Source of the DNA: Pseudogymnoascus verrucosus
Lineage: Eukaryota
Reading direction: 5' to 3' (one strand)
Assembly: GCA_001662655.1 (NCBI GenBank)
Contig: KV460270.1
DNA length: 64,000 nt
Position numbers and translations under genes: made by a program
The notes under the pieces: model-generated
The model's input: the letters and a program-made list of their open reading frames with translations, nothing else
Told to the model about the DNA's origin: nothing
Database searches by the model: none
In this document: positions 61,933 through 64,000 of the stretch, in pieces
How positions within the stretch are numbered: the first letter of the stretch is position 1
Layout: the number at the start of each line of letters is the position of its first letter

Positions 61933-62631
61933 GGAGGGTGTGTGTACTGTATCCTGGGGGTATGGAAATCACGGAATGATGCAGCCAGTCAGTCAGGATG
62001 GCCAAGGCAATGACTACGTCCTGGAAAGCCAGTAACGCTGGCACATATCATCACATCACATAAGACAGTAATCTCAGCTTATGTGGCAACTGGCATTACT
62101 CAAATGTGGATTCTAGTGTTGGGGATCCTCCACTTATATTGTCTGCCTTTGCCGGCTAGGAGAATATGTTATAAGAGCTAATGTATTTGAATCAATCTGA
62201 CCATGTTCCGCACCCCTCACGCTTCCTCCCCTCTCGCTACTGCTTCCCCCCTCGATAGATATAACACCACCAAAGGCATGGTCCCTCCCTTCCTCCTAAC
62301 TGGTACTATAGGCCAAAAAAAGGACCGTCTCCGTTCCTCTTTGGCCAGGGTTTTTTTTGTCGAACCGGGTGGGTGATGCCCAGATATTATCGACCGTAAC
62401 AAAAGTATCCAGTCAACCATTTTACCCTCTGGTTTCTCGCCTTGAATCGCCCAAAGGCTAGCCCGCCCCGCAGACCTCATGCGTAATGTCCTGTTGATGC
62501 AACCTAGCTATGCAATGATGATTTTTTTAAATTCGATGGTGCAACCCCCGGATGATATCGATACATATTTGATGTCTGCGGGGATCAATAACTCCGCGTG
62601 GAGCGTAGTACCCATGTGCCAAAGGCGGTTT

Positions 62632-64000
62632 TCACCTGGCCTCATCTCCATCTGCGGCCGGACGTTGTTGGCCCGTTGGAGCTTGGCTCTGCTGCGCTTG
62701 GGGATGGGGGCCGTTGTGTTGGTGGTAGCCTTTGTTGTAGCTACCGTTCGGTCCTCCTCGCTGTGGCTGGCTATACTGCGGCATCTGGGGACTGGTTCCG
62801 AACTGCTGTCCCTGCGGCGGGTATACACGCATGTTTGGCACTAGCTAATGTTAGAAAAGGTTTAAACGGAGGTGTGTCAATAACTTACTTTGTCCCGGAG
62901 GTTGTTGAGCATAAATTGGTTGCCCATACTGCATGCCTGGGCTCATTCCGTATGCCTGTTGCCCTTGTTGAGAGCCACCTGGCATCATCATGGGCGCAGA
63001 GCGACCGGGGCTAGGGTAGCCGTTAGATCCCGCCATGGGTGGTGGGGGTCCATTTCCTTGGGGTGTGAAGTGTGCCTGGTTGACAGGGTACAACATGGGT
63101 GGGCCCGGAGCCATCAGGTTCGGGTTTCCCATGAAAGACCCGGCTGGACCCTGAATCATAACAGGACCGCCCATGTGGGTTGGCTGTTGTGGCATAAATT
63201 GATGGCCACCGGAATAGGATCTGAACTGCGCCATCTGAGGTCCACCTGGACCTACGGGATATTGCATTCCAGGTTGCTGGAAGGACAACTGTGCGGGCTG
63301 GCCCATCGGCGATGGATACGCCACGTTTACCTGTGCCAGGCGTGGAGATGCGTATGATTGAGCCGAGTGAGATGGCACCATCCGATGGTCATCGTTCGAA
63401 TGGAACTGAGCATTCTGTTGCATCGACTGGTTGTTGTGCATATGAAGGGGTGGTTGTCTTGGTGATGGTCTCTGAGTATGGGCACCTTGCTGCAAGTGGA
63501 ATGGCAGCTGATGCTGATGTGCAACCTGAGGATGCGCCGATGGTTGTTGTGGAGACATCGGTTGCCCCGAGAAGCGAGCGTTCTCGAACAATTTGGCATA
63601 TGTCAAGTTCATTGTCGATGACTGTGGCTCGTCGTCTTTGACTTGTCTCCAAGTTGGGGGGGTATCATAGGCTGGCTTAATTCCGCCATTCGAGGACCAG
63701 TCGCGACCTTGAGGAGGCGTCTCTTTCGCTAACCGCTCAATAATATCCAGGACAGGCCCATCAGTCTTAGCTTTCGAGTGTGTGCCTGGCTTTCTGCGTA
63801 GAAGAGTTCCTGATGCGGATGGGATGCCCTGAGTGGCTGTAGCAGATGCCGAACGAGGGCTGGATGCAGTGCTTGGGTTGCCATTGGGGTTAAAAGCCGC
63901 AGCAAATGGACTTGGGCGAAACTCATGGCTGTTTGGGTTAAGCTTTCCAAGTAGAGTCGTCGCACTCGTTCGCCTCGGAGCCGAAGTATCAGGGCCATGG
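62632..64000 (-). CDS. PBP1: Ataxin-2/PAB1-binding protein, C-terminal part (5' end outside window); intron ~62845-62889
   Basis: Continuous frame from the window edge with PAM2-like KLNPNSHEFRP, then DDHRMVPSHSAQSYASPR and an M/P/Q/G-rich low-complexity tail. Confidence 0.75.

Noticed and set aside
1..64000. CRISPR arrays, tRNA/rRNA genes, intact transposases or Starship captain, readthrough-derived PTS1 signals
   Set aside because: No repeat-spacer arrays, cloverleaf/T-loop patterns, transposase/RT/tyrosine-recombinase motifs, or TGA-CTA readthrough contexts found by eye

Overview
This is eukaryotic DNA from a filamentous ascomycete: short GT-AG introns with CTAAC/CTGAC branch sites. A Leotiomycete such as Pseudogymnoascus is a guess from style only. 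I could reconstruct about 29 protein-coding genes by hand-splicing; I saw no rRNA, tRNA, CRISPR array or intact transposon. (1) 0-25 kb is accessory/nutrient-scavenging: five MFS transporters, a stand-alone NIF3/YqfO PII-like protein, a HerA/FtsK-like P-loop ATPase between two orphan genes, a putative sulfonate-scavenging trio (TauD dioxygenase with no Cys and no internal Met, Dal5-family permease, class II aldolase) and a micro-exon-rich LaeA-like methyltransferase. (2) 25.9-41.6 kb is a compact housekeeping block: PXA2, DPH3, frataxin, AP-3 sigma, LeuRS and a bromodomain protein. (3) 42-55.5 kb holds a frameshifted APH-like kinase and a non-reducing PKS (SAT-KS-AT-PT-ACP-ACP-TE) flanked by an MFS and an ABCG exporter, with no tailoring genes. 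(4) 58.6-64 kb holds acyl-CoA oxidase, ATL1 and the 3' part of PBP1. The most striking unexplained pattern is a recurrent, strand-symmetric switch from C/A-rich to G/T-rich sequence inside many genes. Exon boundaries were read by eye and may be off by a few nt.
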